In this document: positions 34,942 to 48,174 of the stretch, piece by piece
Position numbering within the stretch: position 1 is the stretch's first letter
Layout: each line of letters starts with the position of its first letter
Assembly (NCBI RefSeq): GCF_006345805.1
Contig: NC_043001.1
Location: forward strand, 46,190,001 to 46,254,000
From: Octopus sinensis
Taxonomy: Eukaryota
Length of the DNA stretch: 64,000 nucleotides
Direction: 5' to 3'
Made by a program: the position numbers and the translations under genes
Notes under the pieces: generated by a model
The model's input: the letters and a program-made list of their open reading frames with translations, nothing else
What the model was told of the DNA's origin: nothing
The model's database searches: none

Positions 34942-35269
34942 AGTGTGTGTGTGAGGGAGCAAGAGAAGGCGAAGGTAAAGTAAAGGTTAATTTTGATTGT
35001 AGAACCTTTTAAAATAGAGAAAGAAAAATAAACAGTCTAACATAATACAAACATGACGTAAAATAAATCATTCTCCTTCAAAAGAATTAAATAGAGAGAA
35101 AAAAAAAGTAGAATTAAAACATAGGCAAGTAAAAAAAAAAACAACATTAAATGACTTTGTAAATCTTCTTATAGAAACAATAAGACTGAAATCGAGCTTT
35201 CCAGAATGTTCTGATTTGAGAATAACAGGAAATATGTCGGTCAGTGGAAAAGGAGAAAAAGATGAGGTG

Positions 35270-35327
35270 AAGAAGAAGAAGAAGAAGAAGAGAGGAAGAA
35301 GAAGAAGAAGAAGAAGAAGAAGAAGAA

Positions 35328-35371
<44 letters not shown>

Positions 35372-35710
35372 GGAGAAGAAGAAGAAGAAGAAAAGAGGAA
35401 GAAGAAGGAGGAGGAGGCGGAGAAGAAGAAGAAGAAGGAGGAGGAGAAGAAGAAGAAGAAGAAGAAGGAGGAGGAGAAGAAGAAGAAGAAGAAGAGGAAG
35501 AAGAAGAAGGAGGAGGAGGCGGAGAAGAAGAAGAAGAAGGAGGAAGAGGAGGCGGAGAAGAAGAAGAAGGAGGAGGACGACGAGAAGAAGAAGAAGGAGG
35601 AGGGGGAGGAGGAGGAGGCGAAGAAGAAGAAGAAGAAGAAGGAGGGGGAGGAGGAGGCGAAGAAGAAGAAGAAGAAGAAGACGGAGAAGTAGTAGAAGAA
35701 GAAGAGAGAC
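35270..35710. repeat. (GAA/GAG)n purine tract
   Basis: Directly visible. Confidence 0.97.
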
Positions 35711-36237
35711 GGAGTGGTAGTGGCTGTGGGAGATGATAGAGAGAGAGAGAGAGAGAATGAGTGTGTGTGTGTGTGTGTGAGAGAGAGAGATGGAGTGGTT
35801 GTGGGAGGTGAGAGAAAGACAGATAAGTATGATTTGAATGAGAGATTCAGAGGTGTTGTGAGAGTGAGAGTGTCAAAGGGAAAGGGAATGTGAGTGATAA
35901 GGTGAAGGATGGGGAGGGTGAAAGTGGTAAGGTGAGGAAGGAAGGAGTGGTGGTGGTGGTGGTGGTGGTGTGGTGGGTGAAAAAAAGGATTAAGGTGACA
36001 GAGTGATTAGAACGACGGTGTAATAGGATGAGAAAAAAGAGAGTGAGAGGGAGAGAGAAGAAGGAAGAGAAGTCAGTGGAAGTCAGGTAATATGGAATGA
36101 GGGAGAGAGATATAGAGAGGGTTTGGAAGGTATGATGTAAGTGGAGATGTGAACAGGCAAACGAACGGACGGATAGACAGGTATATATGAAAAAAAAAAA
36201 GGATCGAGAGAAAGGTAGAGAGATACAGAGATTTCGT

Positions 36238-36625
36238 AGGTATGTGGTAAGTAGCTTGCTTACCACATGATTCCGGGTTCAGTCCCACTGCGTGGCACCT
36301 TGGGCAAGTGTCTTCTACTATAGCCTCGGGCCGACCAAAGCCTTGTGAGTGAATTTGGTGAACGGAAACTGAAAGAAACCCGCTGTATATATGTATGTAT
36401 GTATGTATACATATGTTTGTGTATCTGTGTTTGTCACCCCCAACATCGCATGGCAACCGATGCTGGTGTGTTTACGTCCTCGTAACTTAGCAGTTCGGCA
36501 AGAGAGACCGATAGAATAAGTACTAGGCTTACAAAGAATAAGTCCTGGGGTCGATTTGCTTGACTAAAGGCGGTGCTCCAGCATCGGTTGTCAAGCGATG
36601 GTGGGGGGACAAACACGGACACACA

Positions 36626-36676
<51 letters not shown>

Positions 36677-36839
36677 TATATGTATACGATGGGCTTCTTT
36701 CAGTTTTCATCTACCAAATCCACTCACAAGACTTTGGTCGGCTCGAGGCTATAGTAGAAGACATTCACCTAAGTAGGACTGAACCTGGAGCCATGTGGTT
36801 GGTTAGTAAGCTACTTACTACACAGCCACTCCTGCGCCT
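36238..36839. mobile_element. Two SINE B copies fused in inverted orientation
   Basis: + copy runs to 36584 and - copy starts at 36578, sharing CCAGCAT. Confidence 0.88.
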
Positions 36840-36930
36840 ATATATATATATATAATGTATGTATTCATACACACACACACACATACATATATAAATGTGT
36901 GTGCGTGTATGTGAGTATCTATATCTGTGT

Positions 36931-37262
36931 GTGCATGGCTCAGTGGTTAGTGCGTCGAGCTTACGATCGTGAGGTTGTGAGCTCGAATCCCGGATCGGGC
37001 TGGGTGTTGTGTTCTTGAGCAAGGCACTTTATTTCACGTTGCTCCAGTTCACTCAGCTGTAGAAATGAGTTGCGACGTCACTGGTGCCAAGCTGTATCGA
37101 CCTTTGTCTTTCCCTTGGATAACATTGGTGGCGTGGAGATGGGAGGCTGGTATGCATGGGCGACTGCTGGTCTTCCATAAACAACCGTGCCCGGACTTGT
37201 GTCTAGGAGGGTAACTTTCTAGGTGCAATCCCATGGTCATTCATGACCGAAGGGGGTCTTTA
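36931..37262 (+). mobile_element. SINE family C, full length
   Basis: tggctcagtggttag A-box-like, gctcgaatccc B-box-like, CORE-like body, tail gaccgaagggggtcttt. Confidence 0.9.
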
Positions 37263-37503
37263 CCCTTTACATATATAGGAATATATAGGATTATATTTTC
37301 TGTGTCTTTTTTTGCGTAAGAGGGTAGGGATGCCGTTTAAGAAAGAATTGGCTGTTTTGGCTGTTATTATTAACAAGTCGAGCGATCACCTAATGGCCCA
37401 TTCGTTAGTTCAGAAGACATTTGTGGTGCTTGTCGTTGTAGAAAATGGGGCAGACAGTATTAGCTACACGTAACCGTGCACGTACGCATGCATGCACACG
37501 AAA

Positions 37504-37566
<63 letters not shown>

Positions 37567-38378
37567 ATACACACACAGGGAAATGCAGAGGCACAATGAA
37601 TAATTTCTACATCCTTTTCATTTCAGTAACCAGCTATGATTGATGAGTTTTTAAAGTACTTCAGTATGTCTGAGGTGGTGGTTAAGGGGGAGTAATGAGT
37701 ATAGGTTGGAGGAGGATATGTTTGGAAGATTATCTTTTCATCCACCACACTACACGGTCCCATATTGACAAATATATGCAAACACACATACGCACAATAC
37801 GCATACTCTTTTCACACACACACACACGCACGGGGTGCGAACGCATGCACACACACACACGCAATCTGCATTCGAAGGGTCCTCACGCCAAGAAGATACT
37901 TCTGTGTGGTCGCTCACCCTGCTAGAAATAGCAACCAAATCTCTTTAAAACCATACATTTACACATTTTAAAAAAGGACACCGGGGATAATGTAGGCTTG
38001 GGTATAAAAATACACCGGATGGTGGGGGTTAAATATAATTGCATCAACAGCAACTTAGCGAAATAAGGGTAACTTGCACTTCTGGGAATTGAATCTTAAT
38101 TGCACAGTCAGTATCTCACATGCCACTAATACGCCACGACGTTCAAATTCTGCTCCCCGTTCGAAAATATTTATAAATCATATGCGTAAAATATATCATA
38201 GGTAGGGGGTTATTTACTCAATGATACATTCAAAAGGATACTCGAACAAGTATGGTTCCCTAATTGATTTAGGTGCTTCTGTTTTAGCAAGAAGACACAG
38301 GCATCCTCTTCTCGACCCTTCGACCCTTTGATCCAGCGGTAAATGAAGGGTGAGATAACTGGAGAGAGAGAGAGAGAT

Positions 38379-38425
<47 letters not shown>

Positions 38426-39034
38426 ACTGCTCCAGGGCTCAGGTGATACTCATTTCTAGGTGAGTAGACTGAAGCAACGAAAAAATTAAATTTCTTACTC
38501 AGAGTTAAGACACAAAGATGTGCCCAGTCCAGAAATTGAACTCACGACATTACGATCATAAGCCCAACATCCACTCCTAATCATTAAGCTACGCGCGTTC
38601 AGACGCAGAAAAGTAAAAGCCTAATGGCAATTAAGAAAGGAGATTATTTTAAGAAATTAGGAATCAATCCCACAGAAACTTGTTATTCATGCTAGCGCGG
38701 AAAATATGATCTTCGCTTGCAGACAAAGTTGTAGTCAAACGTTTCCATTAGTAAAATAATATAATGAGCAGTTTTGAAACAAGGGAGTTAACTCTTAACT
38801 TTCTTACGACAGTTATTTACCTTGAGCAGTTTTAAATACTTTAGTTGTGTCCCTTAGACATCTCCATTTTTATTTATTTTCGTTTTGTTTTATAACGTTC
38901 CAATCAGTTGTCTCGCCAAAGATAGAATCGATAAAGTGTTAGCCTACTAACGCCGCCTCCGACTGAATGACGACCGTCATTCTGACCGTGCTGTAAATAA
39001 GTAAGTAGTGTTTAGTTAATCGCTGCAACTCTCT

Positions 39035-39669
39035 TTAACCATTTACTATTTAAACCAGCCATATCTGGCCCAAATATTCTACCTATTTTATGTTCCAACC
39101 AACCAGATCCAGCCTCACACAAATAGCCAACAACGTCATTCCAAAAATATACAGTCACAATATTGAAATCTCGAAGATACACGATAATCTTTTCTCCTCT
39201 AGGCCCGAAATTTGGGGAGAGGGGCCAGTCGATTAGATCGATCCCAGTACGCAACTGGTACTTAATTTATCGATTCCGATAGGATGAAAGGCAAAGTCGA
39301 CCTCGGCGGAATTTGAACTCAGAACGTAAAGACAGACGAAATACCTATTTCTTTACTACTCACAAGGGGCTAAACACAGAGAGGACAAACAAGGACAAAC
39401 AAACGGATTAAGTCGATTACATCGACCCCAGTGCGTAACTGGTACTTATTTAATCGACCCCGAAGGGATGAAAGGTAAAGTCGACCTCGACGGAATTTGA
39501 ACTCAAAACGTAACGGCAGACGAAATACCGCTAATCATTTCGCCCGGCGTGCTAACGTTTCTGCCAGCTCACCGCCTTCGAAGATACACGATAATGCAAA
39601 CTTAATTCAAAACAATCAGACGAAATAAACATCACATTTGACAGAGTAATCTGAATGCTAATGAGCTAA
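39035..39669. mobile_element. Probable piggyBac-derived MITE, interrupted by a SINE A dimer
   Basis: Degenerate ends ttaaccattta / aatgctaatgagctaa, consistent with TTAA-CCCTTTAGCATT-type termini. Confidence 0.55.
39189..39577 (-). mobile_element. SINE A dimer with 18-bp TSD
   Basis: tcgaagatacacgataat at 39171-39188 and 39578-39595. Confidence 0.93.
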
Positions 39670-40269
39670 ACTATCCTATACAAAGATGCATTACATAAAT
39701 GCAAAGCCATTATACAACGTTCAGGTTTCAATGCCTTATGGCACTTAAATTTTCGTCTCTACTGAAAATCTCGTATCCTACAATTGAAGTTTTCGATATA
39801 GGTTTAATTCGGTTCATTTTGTCTTATATTAAGAATATGTTGCACAATCTTCAGTTTGCACTCCATTGCTGACACGGCAGATTAGTCAGAACATCAGATA
39901 AAATACGGTTTTTAGTTATGAAGTTTTACTTTCTGAGTTTAAATCTCAACAATGTCGATTTTTACTTTCATTCTTTGACGGTTAATAAAATAAGTAGTAG
40001 TAATGAAAATATGTGGTATTTACATCATAGGTGTATTCTATACAATGATGTATTCACTTCCTTCGGAAATGCGTGACCTTATGGCTGGAAAGTAAAGATG
40101 GCTTTGTATGGATTTATGTGCTTGTGTGTGTAACGCTCGTTATTATATTAGGAGATTATACATACATTTTAACACTTTACAGTATACTTACATATATACA
40201 TAATTCTATACATCGATCTAAAACAACAGGATTACTAAAGGAAGACCAGAGAAGAGAAAACCAAAAGGT

Positions 40270-40393
40270 CTCATGATATTCATTGAAGAAATTTATTTCA
40301 GATATTCTCATTTTGAAAATCATCTCCAGTTAATCGTTGAGAGGGCGTTGGTATTAGGTTGGCGGAAGTTTGCGCTCTGTGAGTGCTCTTGTT
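40270..40393 (+). mobile_element. Helentron-like non-autonomous element (HINE/DINE type), 3' end
   Basis: ttggcggaagtttgcgctctgtgagtgctcttgtt terminal motif; family from recall. Confidence 0.5.
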
Positions 40394-40524
40394 AATATTA
40401 TTACAGTTATTATGAAAGGCAAAGTCGAATACTGGGATCGATGTAATCGACTAACCCCCCCCCCATAAAATCACTGGCCCTGGTCAAAATTTGACACCAT
40501 TGTTATTATTATCATTATTATTAT

Positions 40525-41082
40525 TGAGTGAGAGAGCAGTGCATGCCATCAAAGTGACACTGGGGTAAAATATACAAAGCCCAGTATACCCATCACGACT
40601 ACCTGTCTGATAAGGGTACACTAGGCACATGCATCACAGCCATATGTGTGCGACATGGTGATCTCATATCAAGATAAACAGCACATGACCTTGCAGGTGG
40701 GGCCCACTTAGAATTTTCTTCTGGTCGAGTAACCCATCTCACTCAAAAGGTCTCTGAATAAGGGTTGTTTAAGGATGTTGAACGAACCACCCATGTTTCT
40801 AGAGGTGAATTATTCAAACCCCAAGAATCCCTCTCAACACATGGCTCTAATGCTCCCCCGCTACTTCTGCTCGTGATCAGAGATGCACATATTGTCAGTC
40901 ACTAAGAGACATGCTCAATTGGTTATGGTCAAACAACTGACAAGCAAATCTGTGGTATTGAGCAGAATATTTCTGTAGCCCATCTTTTATACCAAGACAA
41001 AACAATGTACATGATAACACTTCCAATCAGTTAAAATCAGAAGCCATGAGAGTCACTGTGTGGTACTGCATCAGGGCATTTA
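40525..41082 (+). repeat. Dispersed ~560-bp repeat with (TAA)n tail; paralog of 1-400
   Basis: Colinear similarity with the start of the window. Confidence 0.85.
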
Positions 41083-41083
41083 T

Positions 41084-41158
<75 letters not shown>

Positions 41159-41649
41159 CATCATCAATAATATTAATACGGTAACTTTTTGTTTTTGTAC
41201 GTACCTGTTGTGTGCGTCGCACCTCTTTGAAGTAAAAGCGAGAGAGAGGAGGAGAGAGAGAAAGTAAGAGAGAAAGAGAGAGGGAGCGAGAGAGTGTGAA
41301 AGAGAAAGAGAGAGTGAGAGAGAAAGTGAGGGAGTGAGAAAGAGAGAAGGAGTGAAAGATTTTGGTTGAGCGTTCTGTATCTAGTTCTGGAAATTGTGTT
41401 TTGTAAGCGACAGACTACGCTGATGATCTTGCAGATGTCTGCGTGTTTATATACGTAGATATTAACAAGTGAAACCAATGGTACGTAGGTAATCGTTTTT
41501 ATTTCGTATGTTTTCATCTGTCTTGCTCATTTTCACATTTTGGCGTTTTGCCGAGATATTTTTCTTGGGAACACATTCTTCGTGGTAATGGCGATTTGAC
41601 GTCTATGTTTAAATATTGGGTGTCCACTTTAGTGGTCATCCTCTATTTT

Positions 41650-41707
<58 letters not shown>

Positions 41708-41745
41708 ATATACATATAATATATACATGTATGTGTGTGTGCGCG

Positions 41746-41950
41746 TGTGTTTGTCCCACCACCACCATTGCTTGATAACCGATGTTGGTGCGTTTGCGTC
41801 CCTATAATTTAGCTGTTCGGCAGTAGAGACTGATAGAATAAGCACCAAGTTTACAGGGAATAAGTCCAGGGGTCAATTTCTTCGACTATAGGGTGGTGCT
41901 CCAGCATGGCCACCGTCAAATGACTGAAACAAGTAAAAGAATAAAAGAAT
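41746..41950 (+). mobile_element. SINE B 3' half
   Basis: ggtgctccagcatggcc..caaatgactgaaacaagtaaaagaat. Confidence 0.85.
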
Positions 41951-42119
41951 ACCAGAAGAATGTTCTGTACCACTAAACCAAGAAGGTTCTTTGAATATGT
42001 ATGATGTATTTTAAGGCTAAATAGTAATTCTGTTTACGTTTGTTGTAACTGAGATATTTTGGTTGGATTATAGTCATTGGTGTTACGTTACTTTCTATAA
42101 CCTGTAAATATCACAATAT

Positions 42120-42268
42120 ACTTTTCTAGGCCTCAAATTTTTATGGGGAGGTGGCCAGTTGATTAGATCTACCCCAGTACACAACTGGTACTTAATTTAT
42201 CGACTCCAAAAGGACGAAAGGCAAAGTCGTCTTCGAGAGAATTTGAACCCAGAACGTAAAGACAGACG
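42120..42268 (-). mobile_element. SINE A, headless fragment
   Basis: Core plus tail-2. Confidence 0.8.
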
Positions 42269-42352
42269 GTCATAATATGCAAATATTTCTCATGGCACCA
42301 GTACACTGTTTATAGATGCTTACATTTTTTTGTTTTTCAGCTAGTTATTACC

Positions 42353-42383
<31 letters not shown>

Positions 42384-42432
42384 TATTATATTATTATTAT
42401 TATATTATTATATTATTATTATTATTATTATC

Positions 42433-42620
42433 ATTACCTCCGCCTTAGCGAAGGCGGAAGTATTGTTTTCAATCGTGTTATTTTTGTTTATCCTTAGACA
42501 AGATATCTCAAGAACCGCTGGATGGATTCGGATGAAACTTTAAGGGATGTTTGACCTCGTGACTGGCACGATCGGATTAGATTTTGGGATCGATCCGGTA
42601 CCGGACAAGGATTCTGGATT
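42433..42620 (+). mobile_element. Helentron-like non-autonomous element, 5' part
   Basis: ttacctccgccttagcgaaggcggaagta hairpin, then gatatctcaagaacc..atgaaact..gatccgg; family from recall. Confidence 0.55.
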
Positions 42621-43981
42621 ATTTTACTTTACTTTACATGAAGTATTGCGATCTTAATAGTCATTGATTATCTCTCTAATTATCTCTCTTGAAAGCACGC
42701 TCATGTTATGGCGGCGTTGCTGTTTCCAAAGTTTTATTTTCGTTTCTCTATTATTAACTTTACTCGTGTCTCTATCTTAGTACAAACTGATGGATAAAAA
42801 AATGAAACTACATAAACAAACGGCAGCAAAACCGTTCAGAAATTAAGTAACACTAACATATTCAGTAACAATGATAAATTTAATTTATCCTCGACAATTT
42901 TTAGTTTTACCAATTTTGAATATATCGCCCCTGTTTAAAAGAAGATTATGTTATCTAGTATACGCTTCATTGGAGTTGATCTGAGTACTGTTTCTAACAA
43001 GTTGATCTAACACGACTAAATAGAATCTCTCTGGGTGAATCATTGTAATCATGCTTTCATTTTTGTTTAACCCTTGCTGTAGGCCTCCGTTCAAAGGCAT
43101 TCCAACAGTGACCTTACTTTCTTCTGTGTGTTTGTTGGGCTACATTATCTAATGTGTCATTTCATTTTGAAGGATATTTTGACTGCTATTTCTAGCTAAT
43201 CGAACATCAATACATCAACTCTCTCGCTGGCTCATTATTCTCATTGTTGTTAATTTCGACGAGTTGTGGTATTTAACGACATGTCGTTGTTACGAGCTCA
43301 AATCACATCGGCGACGATTTTTATATTCATTCTTTCGTTAAAGTGAATAAACCACTTAACCTGGTGGAAATAACAGCCAAATATTACTCAACCCACCGCG
43401 CCCTACCGTCTTTAAATAAGGCCCTGGTTGGTGTATGTATAAAAGAAAGGCTGGATACAGCTGGAATGTTGTTAATTATTGATCTGCTTGAACAGAGTTC
43501 AACAGTAAGTTAAAAAATAACACATCCAATAAAAGATCACGTTGAACAATGTAGTTCCTGGTATACAAAAAGATGGCAAGGCTACTGTAGATAAAATTAG
43601 TATATAGATGAATGGACGCTATTTTATTATTTTCATTATCGATTACATTAGCCAGTAATTGACACAATAAAATTCTTAACCTGTATCTTTCAAGTTGTAA
43701 GCAATTCAAAGTGAATGAAAGTCAATGTCGAAATGTATGAATCCAGTTAAGTAATTGAAGAATATCATTGAAGTTAAGTTAACTGATTGCCACGACGAAA
43801 CACATCGATAAAAGCACTTGAACCAGGCAGAACATGAATTATGGATACACAGTTATTATCCTATGACCTCATGAATATGTTATTACTGAGCTTTGGGTTA
43901 AAATCACATGTCACGTTCTGGTCTTTATGAAGCGTTTGGATGCGTTAAAATCATATTCGTTTATGAATTGATCAGAGAAGC

Positions 43982-44031
43982 TAGAGTGAATGCTTCATTC
44001 TAGTTATTTCTAGAATGAAGCATTCACTCTA
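43982..44031. other. Perfect 22-bp inverted repeat with 6-nt loop
   Basis: tagagtgaatgcttcattctag-ttattt-ctagaatgaagcattcactcta. Confidence 0.95.
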
Positions 44032-44044
44032 CTAAACCAGGAAA

Positions 44045-45100
44045 GGATGGCGAAGGAACTGCAGCTAAATATCCAGACTTGTCTCGAGAAAGAAGAAATC
44101 AAAATAGCAATCTCGTGGCCTAATGATGATTTAGAGAGTAAGGATGTCATTGCCATGATGTTTCATTAACGCCAGGAGAATAGAGAATAGTTCAACCCTA
44201 TTTTGATGGAATGTTAAATATATCAAATTTAAGAAGCTTGACAAAAAAATATGAAATAAATAATAACTGTACTCGTCCACATACACGTACAGTATTGTAC
44301 GAAATTCTACAGGTTTATGGTTCTTATATCATTTACTGATCAGACGACATTGAGATGTATTTACAGAGTTTTCAGGAAAGTGACTTTCGCCCTGAAAACC
44401 GACAAAAATAAGCGGGAGCGAATAATTCAAAGATTACAATTAAGGGAACTTTTAGCATGTTAAGAAGTGATAGAAGAAAATTCCACTGATCAGAGAAAAG
44501 ACTTTCAGATAATTGTTTGCGATGACACTTTCAATAACTCATAAAAACAGAACGAAAATCTGGATGATCGGAGATATTTACCGTATAACTAGTTGCTGGC
44601 ACTTGCACTGCCTCTAAGGCAGTTGTCAGATAAAAAAAAACCCCATCAAATTGAGATGCTTTCTGGCAAAAACAGTTATTCAGACATGCGACGTCAGCAT
44701 TATATATACTTTAATCAGAATGGTCGTTTTTCATATTTATTGTCATCCATAAAGGTAAACAATCTTATCTAGAAAATCATATTTCTTAGTGGATACTATT
44801 TAAAACCGTGAGACAATATTAAAATTTCCGCAATCATCAATTGTTTCTCGAAGCTTGGTTTAACAGCTGTAGTTGCGTCCCACTTCATGTTATGGTGACA
44901 TAAGATCAGTCTGAAGTATGTCGAAACATCTCAACAGGTGAAGAATTAGTTATCTTGTTTATGGTGCGAAAAGGACCAGATCAGCAGATACAAATGACAG
45001 CAATAACGATGATGTTGAAGATGCTTCAATAACAGACGTTACACTCACACTGTCGACAATGAGAAGATTATCTGAAGAGAAGGTTTCGGAGTTGTTATAA
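44045..45100 (+). pseudogene. Possible very decayed LINE reverse transcriptase remnant
   Basis: Short RT-like patches (EEIKIAI; QESDFRP) among many stops; weak. Confidence 0.25.
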
Positions 45101-45189
45101 AACTCGTAGAAATCAGTAACTGCTAAAACATTACAAAATTTATGACTTGGCTATCCCCCCATCGTTCTAAATGTAATACTTGTGCAGAC

Positions 45190-45340
45190 ATACATGTGTG
45201 GCTGAGAAGCCCGTTTTGGAATCGCGAAGTTTCGAATTCAGGCGTACTGTGTAGCCTCTTGGGCATGTGTCTTCTAGTATACTCCGGGCCGACAATACCT
45301 TATAAGTGAATTTGGCAGACGGAAACTGTATGGAAGTATG

Positions 45341-45379
<39 letters not shown>

Positions 45380-45671
45380 CACATACACGCACACACACAT
45401 ACGTATATACATAATGCACTTATATATATGACTGTGTGCGTATGCGTGCATTTGTATGTGTACGTATATATGTATGTGTGTGTGTTCGTGTTTATTTCCT
45501 ACCACCGCTTGACGACCGGTGTTGATTTGTTTACGTCCTCGTAACTTAGAGGTTCATCAAAAGACACTGATAAAATAAATACCAGACAAAAAATTAATTA
45601 GTGGGGTCGAATTAGTCGACTAAAGTCTTCAAGGAAGTGTCGTAGCAAGACCGCAGTTCAATAACTGAAAC

Positions 45672-45709
<38 letters not shown>

Positions 45710-45768
45710 AGCATGGTCGCAGTCAAGTGAATGAAACAAGTAAATGAATAAAAGAATAAAAGAATATA
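45190..45768 (+). mobile_element. SINE B, degenerate, with duplicated tail
   Basis: Head, internal microsatellite and two tail segments separated by (TA)n. Confidence 0.75.
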
Positions 45769-46271
45769 CAAACACCACAAATTTATGACTATAATTTACC
45801 GCTATATACTCTTATACAGGATGTTGACTGAAATGTGGCGAGTTGAAGAAAATGATAGCAGCATTCTACTTTCAGAAAACATACAATATAATTTATTAGT
45901 TTCCCCTACGAGAGAAACTGTTCTAAATCGATTGAATATAGATTCAAAGGTCAATAAATCGATTTGTGATCATTTCCCAATACATTTAATAAATATTATT
46001 TCCTGCAGTTTCAAGCCGACTTTTATGCATTAAAAAAACGATATGACACAAGACTCAGTGTAAGTACAACAATTATTTCATTTTATTACGTAACTGAAAC
46101 GTGTAGCTTTGCCACAGTACTATATTAGTGACAATATATTGATCTCTAATAATGTATGGCCCACTATGAAAATTCGATTAATTGCATAAAAAATTTCAGT
46201 CACTTAGGCATGTCCGACTGCACACACGCACACGTACACATACATATCGCATATATTATATATATCATTTA

Positions 46272-46330
<59 letters not shown>

Positions 46331-46349
46331 TTTAATTTTTTTATACATA

Positions 46350-46755
46350 TCGTTTATTTTTTTATTTGCTTCAGTCATTAAACAGCGGCTATCGTGGGGC
46401 ATCACCTTGAAGAATTTTAGTCGAACGAATCTACTCTAGTACCTATCTACGGAGCCGTTAGTTCACGGGTACGCAAACACACCAACACCGGTTGTCAAGC
46501 ACTGATGGGGCAAACTCAGACTCTCGTACACATATAGAGATATAACTGTACACACACACACACACACACACACGCACGCGCACACTCACACACACATACA
46601 ACGGGCTTCTCTCAGTTTTCGCCTGCCAAATCCGCTCACAAATCGACGCTAGGCTATAGTAGAAGACACTTGTCTAAGGTGCCACGCAGTGGGACTGAAT
46701 TCGGAACCACGTGGTCGGAAAGCAAACTTCTTATGATACAGTCACGCCTGCACCT
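46350..46755 (-). mobile_element. SINE B, degenerate, complete
   Basis: Tail, internal CA tract and head present. Confidence 0.8.
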
Positions 46756-46911
46756 ATATATATATATATATATTAACATTTTTTCCCTACTTTTAGTCCA
46801 CATCTTTGTCCATTATTTACTAAAGTAAAATTATTCCAACAACTTCTACTTATTTACTTTTAGTTTGTCATGTCTTTATATAGGATGTAAATAGCAAAAT
46901 AAGTTAATATA

Positions 46912-47025
46912 ATCTAGACCTGAAGATTGGCAATATAATCGTTTTAATATGGTGTTGTATTTTGAGAGACCTCTATTTCAGCAATATCGAGGAATATGTT
47001 GTCATGAAACGCGCGTAGTATATAT
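46912..47025 (+). ncRNA. Type I hammerhead ribozyme, intact core, Penelope-like
   Basis: CUGAAGA 46920-46926; 10-bp helix II (46928-46937 with 46995-47004); GAAA 47006-47009; palindrome ACGCGCGU; GUA site at 47017; helix I partly eroded. Confidence 0.68.
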
Positions 47026-47065
47026 AATGTAAAGTATATGATTTGGAATAAGAATTGAAGGTATT

Positions 47066-47165
47066 NNNNNNNNNNNNNNNNNNNNNNNNNNNNNNNNNNN
47101 NNNNNNNNNNNNNNNNNNNNNNNNNNNNNNNNNNNNNNNNNNNNNNNNNNNNNNNNNNNNNNNNN
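47066..47165. other. Assembly gap (100 N)
   Basis: Run of N; true size unknown, so adjacency across it is not guaranteed. Confidence 1.
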
Positions 47166-47199
47166 GCGTGACGGACCATTTTCTCTTGAAAGGCAACAT

Positions 47200-47400
47200 A
47201 AACCTTTCATTGGTCGCTCAATCAAAACAGATTTCCATTGATGCGTAACCGAAACTCTTTCAGTGAATCACAATGTCAAAGCTTTCATGAATAGTTCAGA
47301 GGAAACGGTTTCATTATTCATGCGTAACGGGCACCTTTTCTATTGTAGCATTGCACTGTTTCATATAACTATAATAGTCGACGACGGGCGCATGCGCGTT
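47200..47400. promoter_or_regulatory. Promoter-like motif cluster
   Basis: GCGCATGCGC (NRF1-type) at 47388-47397, ATTGG/CCAAT at about 47207, two ATGCGTAAC (bZIP-like), CpG-rich. Confidence 0.35.
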
Positions 47401-47778
47401 TACGAACGAGCACGTGTACGCACAAAGATAACACACACAGACACACGCACGCAAGTATAATAAAAAGAGCATGTATGTATGTCAGTGTGTGTTGCATTTA
47501 TGTGTGTGCGTGTGTGTAAATGCATGCACACGCTCGTAAACTTAACGCACACACACACATACGGATACTTTATGTGTGTGTGTGTATGTGTGTGTGTATG
47601 TGTAATATATATATATAGACATGTGTGTAATATACGTATATATATATATACATATTTTACACATCTATCTATCTATCTATCTATCTATATACTTTTATAT
47701 ATATATATGTGTGTAATACACGTATGTATTATATATATATATACAAAGGCATATATACATATATATACAAAGGTTTTG

Positions 47779-47811
<33 letters not shown>

Positions 47812-48138
47812 TAGACACATACAACATACATGCATACATATATACACAGCACACACACACACATATATATATAGATACACGCATGTATATTACACACACA
47901 TGTATGTGTGTCTGTAAATATACTGGGTTATATGTGGAGATATATATGAATATACATGTGCTTGTATGATGGGTGCGAAGGTATGTGTGTGTGTGTGTGT
48001 GTGTGTGTGTTGTGAAAACTCGTTTTGGAACTACGCAGTTTCGGGTTCAGTCCCACTTTAGGAAAGTGTCTTCACTGTAATCCCGGGCTTTGTGAGTGAA
48101 TATGGCACGCGAGCGCTGTATAAAACCCCATCGTATTA

Positions 48139-48174
<36 letters not shown>

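Noticed and set aside
35216-35692. 158-aa K/E/R-rich ORF
   Set aside because: (GAA/GAG)n tract with no unique coding flank or splice support
21023-37262. tRNA-like sequences with A/B boxes (21023, 23177, 34941, 36931)
   Set aside because: SINE heads continuing into SINE bodies; no full cloverleaf evident
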